DNA from: Leucoraja ocellata
Taxonomy: Eukaryota
Assembly (NCBI GenBank): GCA_036785375.1
Contig: JAWMAR010000061.1
Span: forward strand, 9,052,001-9,116,000
Direction of reading: 5' to 3'
DNA: 64,000 bases
The notes below the pieces were generated by a model. It was not told the origin of the DNA. It searched no databases and saw nothing but the letters and a program-made list of their open reading frames with translations. Position 1 is the first letter of the stretch; every line of letters starts with the position of its first letter. Below are positions 51,197-63,799 of the stretch, piece after piece. Both the position numbers and the translations under genes were made by a program.

Positions 51197-51294
51197 AAGA
51201 TGGACACAAAAAGCTGGAGTAACTCAGCGGGACAGGCAGCATCTCTGGACAGAAGGAATGGGTGACGTTTCGGGTCGAGACCCTTCTTCAGACT
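51197..51294 (-). mobile_element. Monomer derived from a Penelope end, with intact hammerhead-like motif on the NEO1 sense strand
   Basis: Minus strand 51291-51262 reads CTGAAGAAGGGTCTCGACCCGAAACGTCAC. Confidence 0.85.
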
Positions 51295-51789
51295 ACTTGA
51301 TTGACACTACATCCACCATCTCAAATATCCAATCCTTCCACCCTCAGTGTGTCTACCATTTACTGTCCCCTGCAGTTTTTGCAAGAGCAATTAACATCTC
51401 CAAAATCCTTAATTCTTATATGACAGGAGCAGCAAGTGCACATGAATTCCAACAGCTACAACTTTCTTTCTGAGTCACTGAAATCTGGAAATATGGGGCC
51501 ATTCCTCTATTGGCCCTTGGTCTAAATCATAGAAGATTATCCATAACAGCTTGGGGGAATTGCTATAGCAGGAGGTTTGCAGCAGAGGGCTACTCGCCAC
51601 CACTGTCCAGATTGGGCAATAAATGTTGGTCTTGGCATAAATGATAAACAAAACCCTGAAGGATGCAGGTCTAGTGACAGCACAAGAGAAAGAGTTTGGG
51701 ACAGAGAGACTCGTATCTCAACCAATCTCAAGGCTGCTAAAGTAGGTCACTCGTGTGCATCAGTCGACTTCCAGACTCAGTAGGCAGCA

Positions 51790-52030
51790 CGGGGTCCAGT
51801 GCATTACTGAGTGGGTGTTGCATTGTTGAAGGATGAAGCATTAAACAGAGGTCCATCTGATGCTCAGCTAAACACAGGACACTTCTGCTCATTGATTTGA
51901 AAATATTTAGCGATCAATTAAAATGAGACAAGACAATGTCACCATAATATTGCAGTTTCAGGATCATATCGTGTGCACTGGCCGCCAAATTTCCTAATTT
52001 ATGACAATAACAGTGACTTTAAATTAATGC
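51790..52030 (+). mobile_element. Deu-domain SINE relic (SacSINE1/AmnSINE1-like)
   Basis: tccagtgcattactgagtgggtgttgcattgttgaaggatgaagcattaaacagaggtccatctg...ggccgccaaatttccta...aacagtgact resembles the recalled Deu-domain consensus. Confidence 0.55.
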
Positions 52031-55000
52031 TATGGCCTAATTCTGCTCCTATCATTTATGACCTTATGAAAGCTCCTGGTGACAGGTTATAAAGATTTAC
52101 TCACAACCGATCGCAACCTGTTCCCAACCCAAAACGTCGCCATCTCCACCCTTCCCTCACCACCTAACTCCATCTGCCAATCAACCCCTCCTTGCCTTGA
52201 TGCACCTGTCACTTCTGGACCAGCCATCCCAGTCAGCTCTTTATACTGGCTATCTCCCCTCTACTCTTTCCGTGCAGATGAGGTGTCTAGACCCAAACTG
52301 TCACCTGTCTCTTTCCCCCACAGCTGAGTTCCTCCACCATTATTTTTTGCTGCAGATTCCAGCATCTGCAGTGTCTGTTCCTGTCTGACTGGACAGTGAT
52401 GGGCAGCAGGAACACTGGCTGGTACTTTCACTACTACCTATGCCAGCTGAAGAAGACTCCGGTGCCAACCTGAACAAGATCAGTGTTTCTCCTCACTGAA
52501 CATAATAGCAGGCTGCACTTCATCCACTCAGCCAGCAATTATGCTCAGAGGTTTCTTTACAAATTAATTTGAAACACATGTTTTAGCCAGGATTCCTGAG
52601 AGGTGGGAATATGAAGCAGATTTTTTAATCAGTAATAGGACCTAAAACCCACCAGTGCTCGTGTCACTCAGCAATCCTGTTAATATTCCATCCCCAGCTC
52701 TCCTCTTCTGCCAGGTAGTTATTGTGAGCGTCGACACCTTGGAATGGAACAGCTGCAGCTTTACATACAATTGCTTGAGGTGTGTGCTTCTGCCCTGTCA
52801 TCAGGTCCCAGTAACAGTACACACTGGGAAGCTTCCACCACAATTCCCACACTCCCCTTCACCCAGATACATTCAGTCTGTACCTTACAGTGGACACAGC
52901 AGCACAACCAGTAAACTGGTGAAGTATTCTGCTGGCATATGGAGGATTTAAACAGCATCACCATACCGTGACAATAAAGGGGATGTAATTAGTCACAGTA
53001 GTTAGCGATGGGGAAGAAATGTCAGCCAGGAACTGGTCCTATTGCTGTTTGCTGCCCACAACATTGAGCTAAGCCGTGTAGATGCCACTCAAACACCTGA
53101 TGTTTATATCGTCCCGGGCGGCCACAGGAATGGCAATGGTTCTCTGCACACAGAATGCGGTAACACCAAAAATGCATAGAACCAATAGCACTATAAATGA
53201 TGAGACTAAACAACACCATGAATGTAAAGAAAGACATGCACTGTTATTTTATGTTTCTTATGTATATTTTTATGAATAAAGTTTATTTTTGAAATCAAAA
53301 TAAGTTTCTCGAAGTCATCTGAGGAAAGGATCAAACTCAGTGATGCCTATTTAGATAACCAACCAATACTTATACATAAGGAACAACCACCTGGGTAAAG
53401 TAGGAGCACCTTGCAATCACATCCTTGTCAGAATCAGCAAAACAACAGACAAATAGGGTATAAGTGAATTCAAAAACTCACAATTATACTTTCATGACTT
53501 CAGGACATTCCAAAGTGTTTAAATACCAATGGGATTTTGTTCCACATCCCTTTATCACCAAGAAAAGCCAGAGCAACTTTCAGTTCATGGCTACCAAAGA
53601 TGATCAGTGAGGTCTCACACCACAAGTACTGTCTGATAGGTAACTGGTCTCAGAAACTGCTGTCACAATTCAAACAACTGGCACGGTAAGCGAACAATGA
53701 GCCAGTCTACTAAGACATTTCTCCGAGCATCAATATTTCCACAACAAAAGCAATGATTCTATTCCATGCTTATTCCATGCTATTCCAAAAAGCTCTTGGC
53801 TTATGACTGGTGAAAAGTAACCACTAACCCAGGAATTCCAATTCCTGCTGTTTCTGATTATTACAAATATGAAACCTCTAATTAAGCTTGCTTTCATATT
53901 ATGTGTGACTCTAAAAATGTTTAATACAAAGTACTCCCACTGCCAGTACTTCTGCTCGGTTACAATTGCAGTTTGTATGGAGACAAGTTGCCATTATGTT
54001 TTGGAGTTTGGAGTATTTCACTGGTTGGAATTAATAACCCAATCTCCACTCATGAACTTAACTGCAACCTGATAATTCTGGATATTCCAAGACTTCACAT
54101 CCATTGCCAGAATTACTATATACTTCTAAAGGGCCAGAGACACAATGATAACTAGGCTCACAAATATCACAAGAGCTCCTACTCTTCATTGCAATCTGCT
54201 GGGGTTATGGACACAGAGTGTATAAAGATCAGATTCAGCAAATATGTACCCCATGGTCACCCTCCTGCTCCACACACCATCTACATTGACACCTTTGGGC
54301 ATGGTGTTACAGCACAGCATCGCTACTGAGTAAAACCCTCTGCTCTCGGAAGAAAGATAACTGAACAGAGAAATATGAAGCATTTGATTTTTTTTACAGA
54401 GGTGTAAACGAGAGATGACGGAAAGGTCATCAATCCTGATTCTATCGAAAAGATACTCTTCAGAATTTGTACTTTTTTTTTACTTAGCAAGTTTTCAATA
54501 CCTTGAAATAGAAAACCCATCAAACACTTTACAACAAGTCATTTCATCAAATGCTCACAGAGAAATTTCTGAACAAGTTAAGTTTAACAAATTCCACGAC
54601 TATTACTATTTTGATCCACATTTGTCTTTTTCTTATTCCCTTCATTCCAATTTTTTCCAATGTTTAAAAAGACTTTTAATCTCATTCTTCCTTCAGCTTT
54701 CAAGATTTCCAACCTATTCCTTCCAATTCCCAATTCCTCCCATTCATACACACTGGTCCTTCCGCAATCTTCCCCACAGTATCTCCATCATTCTCTGCAC
54801 AGTCACAATGTCTCTCTCCATCTTTTGCTATCCTGTTATTCCCACACGGTCTTTAACATTATCCCAGAACCCGTTCCACTCGTTCAATGTTCCTGCTCAT
54901 CCAGCATGCTGGCATTGCCTCACGTTCATCCTTCGCTGACCAATATCCCGGTCACCTGGAAGTACAGAGTAATCACTCTATCCTGGTATCCACTTCAAAT

Positions 55001-55562
55001 CCTTCTTTAGCACTATTCCCAGTCTCCCCACATTTGCTATTCCCAGTCTCCTTGCATTCCCATATCTACCTTACCCAGGACTTCCACTCCAGTTACTCCT
55101 CATTATAGGTAACCCCTCTATCCCCATTCTCTCCATCACTAGCATTTCCCATTTTCCAGTCTCCCTCCTCGAATTCCACAATCTCCCCTCACTATCGCAG
55201 ACTTCCCAATTTCCACATTGTTATTTTTCAATTTCTTTCCCTTTCTCTCCCTGTCAGAATGTAGTTTCCCCTCACTCTAACTGGCCCTCATCTCTCCTCA
55301 TTTTTGGCATCTCTCTAAATCCCAACGTTACTTTCCACGGCTTCCTCATCTCAGAACCACGGAACAGTGTCCGCCAGGGAAGAAGGCCATTGGGCCCATC
55401 AAACACATACTAGCTCGAATCAAGAGAGGAATCCCCGCAGCCCTATCAGTCCTTTCCCACTCAGACTGCGACCCTCAGCTGCCGGCCCGAGTGTCGCCGC
55501 GGGAACTTTCCCCTGGAGACAGGAGACTGCAGATGCTGGAATGTGGAGCAAGAAACCTGCGG

Positions 55563-55710
55563 CGGGGGTCGGTGTGAGGGGGTCGGGGGTCGGTGTGAGG
55601 GGGTCGGTGTGAGGGGGTCGGGGGTCGGTGTGAGGGGGTCGGGGCTCGGTGTGAGGGGGTCGGTGTGAGGGGGTCGGGGGTCGGTGTGAGGGGCTCGGTG
55701 TGAGGGGGGG
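55563..55710. repeat. G-rich minisatellite (ggggtcggtgtgagg / ggggtc units)
   Basis: Seven tcggtgtgaggggg units read directly. Confidence 0.95.
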
Positions 55711-55902
55711 AGGGGAGATGGACAGACGGCGGCCCGGTCCCGGTCCCCACATCAGCAGTTTGTTCAGCAAGTGTCCGCTGTCAGTCCCCGGGCCCCAACC
55801 CCCTCCCCTGCACCGGGCCGGCCCACCCCGCCTCCTGGCCCGGGACCCTCGAGTGTCCCGCCCGCCCGCCGGCCCGCGACCCTCCCCTCACGGCGCCTGT
55901 AC

Positions 55903-55969
55903 CTGAGCTCCGGGCCGCGCTCACAGCCGCCAGCGCCAGCAACAGGAGCCGCAGTGGGCGCTCCGCCAT
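55903..55969 (-). CDS. NEO1: Neogenin coding exon 1 (signal peptide MAERPLRLLLLALAAVSAARSS), 67 bp
   Basis: Strong Kozak context gcgATGG; n-region/hydrophobic core/small-residue signal-peptide pattern; phase-1 donor CAG|gtacag in frame with exon 2; inside the CpG island. Confidence 0.85.
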
Positions 55970-56280
55970 CGCCTGCCTGGGCCTGGGCCTGGGGCGCCCG
56001 CCAACGCCGCCGCCGCCGCCTGGCCGCCGTGGGTCGGGGAGAAGTCGGTGGACGAGTCGAGCGGAGCCGAGAGACGAGACGAGTCGCCGCCACTCGCGGA
56101 CAATACCCAGCATGGACGGGGTTGGCCGCAAAACCCGGCCTGGAGCACAGCGGCCGCCGCACCGGAATCCCCAGTGTGGATCGGATGGGAAACCTACACC
56201 AAAACCCGGCCTGGAGCACCAGTCACCACAGCAACTGGACCGGAATCGCCTCAACAAAATCAGGAGCAGGGTCCTGGAGT

Positions 56281-56507
56281 GAATTGAATTGAATATTAGC
56301 CAAGTATGTGTATACATATATACAAGGCATTTGCCTTGGTGCTTTGCTCGCGAGGATAACACGATAGACACTAGACAATTAAAATTAAAACATGTGAAGA
56401 ATAATATAAAATACCAGAGCAAAAGGAGGCTACAGACGAGGAGAGCTACTGCTCGAGGAGAAAAGCTGCTTTTATGTCTGGCTGTGGCGACTTTGACAGT
56501 CCGGAGT
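56281..56507 (-). mobile_element. Rex1/Babar-type LINE 3' end immediately upstream of the NEO1 CpG island
   Basis: Minus strand translates LRTVKVATARHKSSFSPRAVALL, followed by a T-rich 3' UTR and (caatt)n tail. Confidence 0.7.
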
Positions 56508-56534
56508 TACTTCAAAGAGTACTTCAGCTGTTAG

Positions 56535-56810
56535 AACAAAAACAAAGTGTGAGAGGAACTCAGAGGGTCAGGCAACATCTGAGGAAGAGACTACAAATCC
56601 AAAATACAAATATTCTGAAGAAGGGTCTCGACCCGAAACGTCACCCATACCTTCTCTCCAGAGATGCTGCCTGTCCTGCTGAGTTACTCCAGCTTTTTGT
56701 GTCCATCTTCCAAAATACAAATATTCTGAAGTGTCTCGACCCGAAACGTTACCCATTCCTTCTATCCAGATACTGCCCGCTGAGTCACTCCAACATCTGG
56801 CATCTATACA
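56535..56810 (+). mobile_element. Cluster of Penelope ends with two tandem units of 111-bp period
   Basis: ccaaaatacaaatattctgaag at 56599-56620 and 56710-56731, each followed by tctcgacccgaaacgt. Confidence 0.8.
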
Positions 56811-58625
56811 AATAGGATATGTTGGTAGTAGTCTGCAGGCCAGGCAGTATCTAGAAGACTTGACCTGAAACGTTAACTTTATTCGTCTTTCCAGATTCTG
56901 TCAGTGTCATTGAACACAGAATTCTCCAATTTTAGGTAAACATTGTCCCTCCCCCTCCCCACCTTGTTCTACAGATCTACCCATATCCTTTCATGCACAC
57001 CTTGTTCTTGTGCCATTCAGTTCCTTTCCCCTCCTCCACCCTTACCCCCTCCCCAACCCTCCATCTGGTTCTACTTTTCACACCTCACTTTCCGCTTATC
57101 AGATTCCACCATTTGTCTTCTCCACTCTTCATCACAATCTTCACCCATTTCTCCCCCTTCTGACTCGCCTGGATCCACCTATCACTTGCCAGCTCTTGCT
57201 CCACGCATTTCCCTCGACTCTTACTACCAGCTATTACGCCTCTTTCCCAGTCTTGAAGGATCCTGATCCCTCAAACAAGGAAAGGGATATCACACCAGGG
57301 GCCACATGCATGACAAGGGTGTCTGGTATAATGAGTTTTGTGAACACTACCAAATATAACGCTAAGTGTGTGTACATCCGCTGAGAATATCGGAAAAGTC
57401 TATGCATTATTCTTGTTTTGTATACATTTCTTTATTATTGTGAATAAAGTTTAATTTTGGAAAACAAATTCCCACCAGACAACCTCAGACCCGCTAAATT
57501 CCACAAACAGGACTGTTTTTCTGCAAACTTTAACAATGTGGAGTTCAGGACTTCCGTTGCAGTGGATTAAATGAAGAAAAATAACCTGGAGCCAAGCGAG
57601 GACAACCACCATTCCGCATATCTAAAAGTCCCACACAGTAAATTAAGTCACTTTGAAATGTTTTTGCTTTTGCACAGGAAGAAATGCAACTGCCAATCTG
57701 TAGCCAGCACTGTCCTACCTTGCAGCAATCTGATATTAGCTGGGGAAGATTGCCTCTGGGATACTATGCAGAACTAAACTGATCTTTCAGTGGCTGCTGC
57801 AGAATATTTTGTATCCATTTGGGAGAAAGACGAGGTTTAATGTTCACATCACATAAATTATAATACGTCTGACACTGCAGCATTCACTCAGCATTGCACT
57901 GGCGTGTTAATCATGTTTGTGTGCCTCAGATGGGATGACATCTTCCAAATAAACTATAGTTATTTATCTAGGTATTCCAATAGCACCTGCTAAATTCACA
58001 GCCTTTACCCTCTAAAGAAGGTAACATGCACAGGGACACCTCCCTTGTAGTTTTCCCCACATGTTACGCATCACGTTGCCATTCCTTACTGGATCTAAAC
58101 CCTAACATTGCCTGCAGTGAGGCTGTGTGAGCATCACATCAGAAGCACTGCCGAGGTTCCAGATATTGCACAAAGCCTTCACATGAATACAAAAAAATGC
58201 CTTAAAACAATAATTACAGGCTCAGAGTTAGAAAGGTAGGTTTTAGATTCCATTTCAAACATTTGCCATCTGGGGCCTCAGTAATGACTGCAGCTGATAT
58301 CTGCAGGTTACGAATATAACCTTCAATTTAAAGACTTCAGTAGAGCTTTTAACATTTGGTCGCATCCACTGGAAGGTAGTTTGAAGATATAGAAACGAAG
58401 GAAATGTGTGTGCATCGCAGCCACTCTAAGTGGCTCCAGAATGTGAAGCAAAGACTTTAATTAGGACCTGCCCTAAGGGCAGAACACAAGAAACACATCC
58501 TCACTGATGCAATCAATGCAGTATTGTACACAAGTAGAGCATGTTTGTATTCATTGCTGCTGAATAAATACGGCATTCCATAAATAGAAAATAACTCACC
58601 TGCTGCAAGTTTTTTTAGAAAAGCA

Positions 58626-58631
58626 TTTATT
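58626..58631 (-). terminator. Candidate ADPGK polyadenylation signal (AATAAA)
   Basis: tttatt on plus; U-rich upstream region and GU/U-rich downstream element on minus (gtgagttattttctatttat); no transcript evidence. Confidence 0.4.
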
Positions 58632-61600
58632 CCAATATCTTGCTTTAAAAAAAAGTAAAATAGTGACTAGATTGATACAGTACTTAAACCACTGACATTT
58701 AACAAAAAACCCTCAAATTTATGTTTGACATTGATATTTTACACGAGAAAAAAAGCATACATTTTCCAACAAACTGTCCATGAGGTATCTCCAGACTTCA
58801 CATAAAAGTAAGAGTAACTGGGGTTAACAAAGATGCAGTCATGTCAAACATTGTTTGGCTAAATTTGTCACAGTTTAAAATATAGATGTCATACTAATGT
58901 TCCCAATGCCAAGATAAATATTGACCTTGAAATCAAATTGTGCATCAGACTGACATGAAACCAGATCCCATTTTTTCAATGATGCTGTTTCAAGTCCCTT
59001 GTCCTCACTAGGTGTATATCTGCAGAAGATCCCAATCCAAAACATTGTCTTTCTATTCCCTACACCGATGCTGCCTGGCCTACTGAGTTCCTCCAGTGCT
59101 TTGTGCTTTGCTAACAATTCCAGCACCTTCATTCCTGGTCTCCTGGTTACACTTTGCTTGGTCAAGATCACAAATAGACAGATAGCAGTCCCCAGCAATG
59201 GTTTGATTCAGTTCGATCTTGCTCAGCAGATTGTGCAGAGTTGTCTCTGATGGCAAACTCACCACCAAACACAACTATGGAGTATAAACAATGTGGTAAT
59301 AGAAATGCTCGGTTTGTCTTGCCTCTCTCTCGCACAGCATGCAGACTCCCCTGTTGAGTTCCTTCAGCAACTTGTTTTTCACTTGAGATTCCAGCATCTG
59401 CAATCACTTGTGCCTCCAGCAGTCAGCCTCTGCTGTGTTGGCCATGTGCAGAGTACATAGTTGTACAATATAGATATTATTCTACACATCTAAAACTAAT
59501 GGACACTTCACTCCAACACAAAACCAATCATATTGCAGAAATCCCATCTTCACTTTGGTTTTGACATGAACACTCCACACTTGGACAGGTTCTTGGTTAG
59601 GCAAGGTTAGAGACATGTGGGAAAATGGGACTAGCTTCAATGGGGCATCTTGATTTTCATGGATGGGTTGGACGAGGGCCTGTTTTTGTGAAGCACGACT
59701 ATGACGTTCCAGCACTATAGTGCCTTCTGTGGAACAAGTCTCTGCAAAGAGGAGCATAACCAGAAACCACTGATACATTTGCAATGTTTTTGCATATACT
59801 GTAGGCAGAAAACACATTTCGAGTCCTCTTTCATCATAAACTGGTTCCATAAGGCATACTCCAGTCTCAAAGATCCCTGGTATGCAGGACCTGTGAGGGG
59901 TTTAGGTTCTAAAGCAAGGCAGTTGACATAACCTCTACCACCAGTTGCGACCTCAAACATCCCTTTCCACCTGAAAATCCAAACAGCACATGCACAACCA
60001 AGGAGGATTTGAAATTAAAAAGAAAATAGAAAATAACCCAGAATGTGCCTTAATATAAAAAAGATTACAGGCTTAAATACCCAAGTTCACCCACCAGTAA
60101 TAATACAACTAAGTTCCAATCAAACTAAAGAATTAACAGAATTTATGCCCCAGTATGTCACAACATTTGGTTCAATGACATTTGAGAGAAGGCTGTTTCC
60201 GAGCAGAGGTGGAAGATTTGAACAGACTCAGTCAGCTGCCTGCTTTAGACTTTGCCCTCACTCAGACGACTCACCCCCAGCGAGAATGAAGGAGAAATAT
60301 CACATTTCCAACATCTTTAAATGCCTGTCTAATTTTCCTACTCGACATTGGGTGGGGATTTCAATGCAAGATATTTCCAACCCTACACACTCCCTCCCAC
60401 CACCGTACAATCCCAAGTGCAACTGTCCATTCTCTACATGGCAGCCCCAACAGTAGGCTCAGGAAACTACTCAGTATTGCTGCCTCACAAGGCTGTAGAT
60501 TTTGCACCAAGGGCTCTTGAGTGTGCAGTGGAGCCCTCACAGCATCCTCTCAATCTTCCCAGCCATTGATCCAACTAATGTTGCATCTCTTGTCAGCAAA
60601 CTCAGCAAAGATTAGGTCATGCACAAGCCTCTAACTACTAGCGGAGTTTTACTTTGCAGAACTACATTTTGTTATATCGTGCAAACCAGAGAGCTAAATC
60701 AGAATCATGATCACAAACAGCTCCTTACACCTGCCTTCATGAAAAAGCTGCAAATTAGCACCTAACCTCCCTTCCCTTCAAGCATTCTTTATACACCCAG
60801 TCCTCTTGAAATAAATAGGAATTTTGGGAGAATGCTATTTCAAAATGTGGCTGTCGCTCTGAATTAATAATTTGATGTAATAGAAAAATCCATTCTGTTT
60901 GAAGTTATTAACCCACCGAACTGAACAAAACGCACTAAAGCATAACTGATCAGTATCTAAAGAGAGGTGACAGGTGGGACTAGGGACCAGTGACAGTAAA
61001 TTGAATGTTTCAAATTGTAAGCGTGGTACCATTCCAAATCCATGCCTTCCCCATTCAGCCTGGGAGAAGGGAGAAAGCAATGTCTGGAAACACGTCTGAC
61101 ACTTACTGCAGCAGAGTCGGTGCCTCTGTTTCTCTTGATTAATAGCAGTAGCAATATTGGTGTAGTAAATAAGTGAGGCAATTACTGTTCACCTGGCCCT
61201 CGATAGCAACAATGCAGGAATTCCCCTCCCACCACGGTTTTACAATTCTCACATACTGCATTTTGCGATTGATATTGAATTAGGCAAGCTTTGGTATGTA
61301 AATTCCTGCAGACAAGGAATAGATTTTAAACCGCAACCTTTTTGCATGTGAAACACTGCCCAGAGGAAATGATCCAAAATATGGAGATGGATAAAAATCC
61401 AGTTGCAGTGTAATAATGACCAGTCTGCCACTCTGCATCCTCACATACCCAGACACAGTATTGAATACGTCAACCACAAACATCAAAAAAAAAAGCATAC
61501 ATATTCCCCTGACAGAAAAGATTTGATATTCAGAATACAGCAAGGTATAAGACATTGTGTAAATAAAAACAGCGTTATTTTGTTTTGCTGGCTTTTACAC

Positions 61601-61784
61601 ACTACACCAGGATTAAAAAGAGCAAGCACCCCACACTAATATCTGCCACCCCTTCTCTCTGCTCTAACCCGTGACCATTTATCACAACTGTCCCCAATCA
61701 AAGACCCATTCCTACACAGAGTTTGACATTAATACACAGTCAAGTTTGACTCTGTCTTGTTGAACATAGACGTTCAGAATCAAG

Positions 61785-62399
<615 letters not shown>

Positions 62400-63011
62400 T
62401 TAGATGATTACAACCCTTGGTAAAGGGGCGGACAGCAAACCAGCTGCCTGTCACACTGCTTCTAAATAAACCAATGGCCCAACTCACACGCCTTTGCATC
62501 AACTTGCAGCTGAGAACAGTATGCTAAATAGTATTCAAGACGACATCTTCCAGTCCTGGACTCATCACAGAGTCCAAGGGCAGTGACACAATGGCCTGAG
62601 GTAAGCGGCATAGACTGACCATGTCAGAGAGTGTGAGTTGGTGCCAGATGTGGGCAGCTCCACAGATGGGTCAGAGAGACACTGGAGGCCTATAGGATGG
62701 TCAATCATGTCCATAGTTGGGAAGCACGAGAGACTGCACACAATGGTCTCTCATAGGTGCCAGTGGTTGACCAGATAAAAGGTAGCACCATAAACCTGCC
62801 TGGATTCAGTAGGGGAACGGGATCCTAACCCTCTCCCCTCATTACCTGTAAGGCAACAAGGAAACAGTTATTGTTCCACTTCTAATCTTCGAGAAATGGA
62901 GACCAATTTTACTTTCCCACATTCTGCAAACTCAGCAAAGTTGAGACATTCCACCTCCGAGGAGTTCAGGGCACCATCGACCTTCTCAGCACCTACCCCC
63001 AAAATAATTAC

Positions 63012-63110
63012 CTGTTCCACAATCGCGTTCATGTAGTCTGTGTCTGTCATGCTGGCCAACTCCAGGTGCACGGAGATTTCATTGGGGATCTCCGAGATTA
63101 ACTCAGTAAC
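63012..63110 (-). CDS. ADPGK: ADP-dependent glucokinase, penultimate coding exon (99 bp, phase 0-0)
   Basis: VTELISEIPNEISVHLELASMTDTDYMNAIVEQ containing the conserved HLELAS motif; acceptor ccacag|, donor CAG|gtaatt; in frame with the last exon. Confidence 0.95.
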
Positions 63111-63799
63111 CTGTGGTTTGGATTAATGGGGGAGTGGGAGGGACAAACAGAAGTCATTATGTTCAAAATGAAATGAGTTGCAGTTCAGGGAAGCATAGTC
63201 CTGCTTTAAGAAACTAAGATATTATACAACAAATTCCAACACTTCTAAAAGCAGGGAACTATGCACCCTCAACAAATTATTATTGATTCTTTGCCCAACA
63301 TATGAAAAACCTTTTTTTTCTGCCCAGCATTTCCTTGATGGCATCAGTTCTTGCTAGGCTGGAGTGCAGCTCGCCATTTAAGACCAAGTTGCCTCCACCT
63401 CCCACCCCAAGTTGTTCATTTTCAGTAGTGCAGCCAATCCTACAAGCATCTGATGCCCTAATACAACATATCACTGGACAGAACAACACACTGTGGAGAG
63501 CAGTCCAACACCTCCACATAGAAGAGCTGATGCACAATGAGATTAACTCTGGAGCACATCAGGAAGACCTGCCAGAAAAATATGAAGGAATTACTGGATA
63601 ATTTCCGTCTTGTGTCTGAAGTGGAAGAGGAGCAAGAATTAGAAATGGAATGGAATTATTTGAGGTAATTTGCAAAACTCCTTAAACAGCAACTCTTCAG
63701 CCCAAGGAGCAGCAGGTAAGTTCCAAATAGTTGTGGAAAGTAGTGCAGCAACAAGCCCAATCCATCCTTTACAGAATTACATTTATATTTAAGTTTGAG

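Larger units (their letters stand above)
19980..55902 (-). other. NEO1: NEO1 intron 1 (~35.9 kb, GT-AG, phase 1)
   Basis: Joining 55903 to 19979 gives in-frame ...ARSS-E(G|AA)-TVGRRF. Confidence 0.85.
55480..56275 (-). promoter_or_regulatory. CpG island / probable NEO1 promoter, 5' UTR and start of intron 1
   Basis: Sharp rise in GC and CpG density around the first coding exon; GC-box-like cccgcccgcc. Confidence 0.85.

Noticed and set aside
54415-55108. Overlapping plus-strand ORFs of 174, 116 and 73 aa
   Set aside because: Low-complexity C/T-rich sequence poor in stop codons; no recognisable domain
55887-55892. Alternative exon 1 donor GCC|gtgagg
   Set aside because: Phase 0, which would frameshift the phase-1 exon 2
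55700-56422. Long overlapping Pro/Arg/Gly-rich ORFs on both strands
   Set aside because: Expected in a CpG island; only the 67-bp signal-peptide exon has Kozak, donor and frame support
57431-57436. Second minus-strand AATAAA as the ADPGK poly(A) signal
   Set aside because: Lies in the T-rich tail of a probable plus-strand retroelement remnant; less convincing context than 58626
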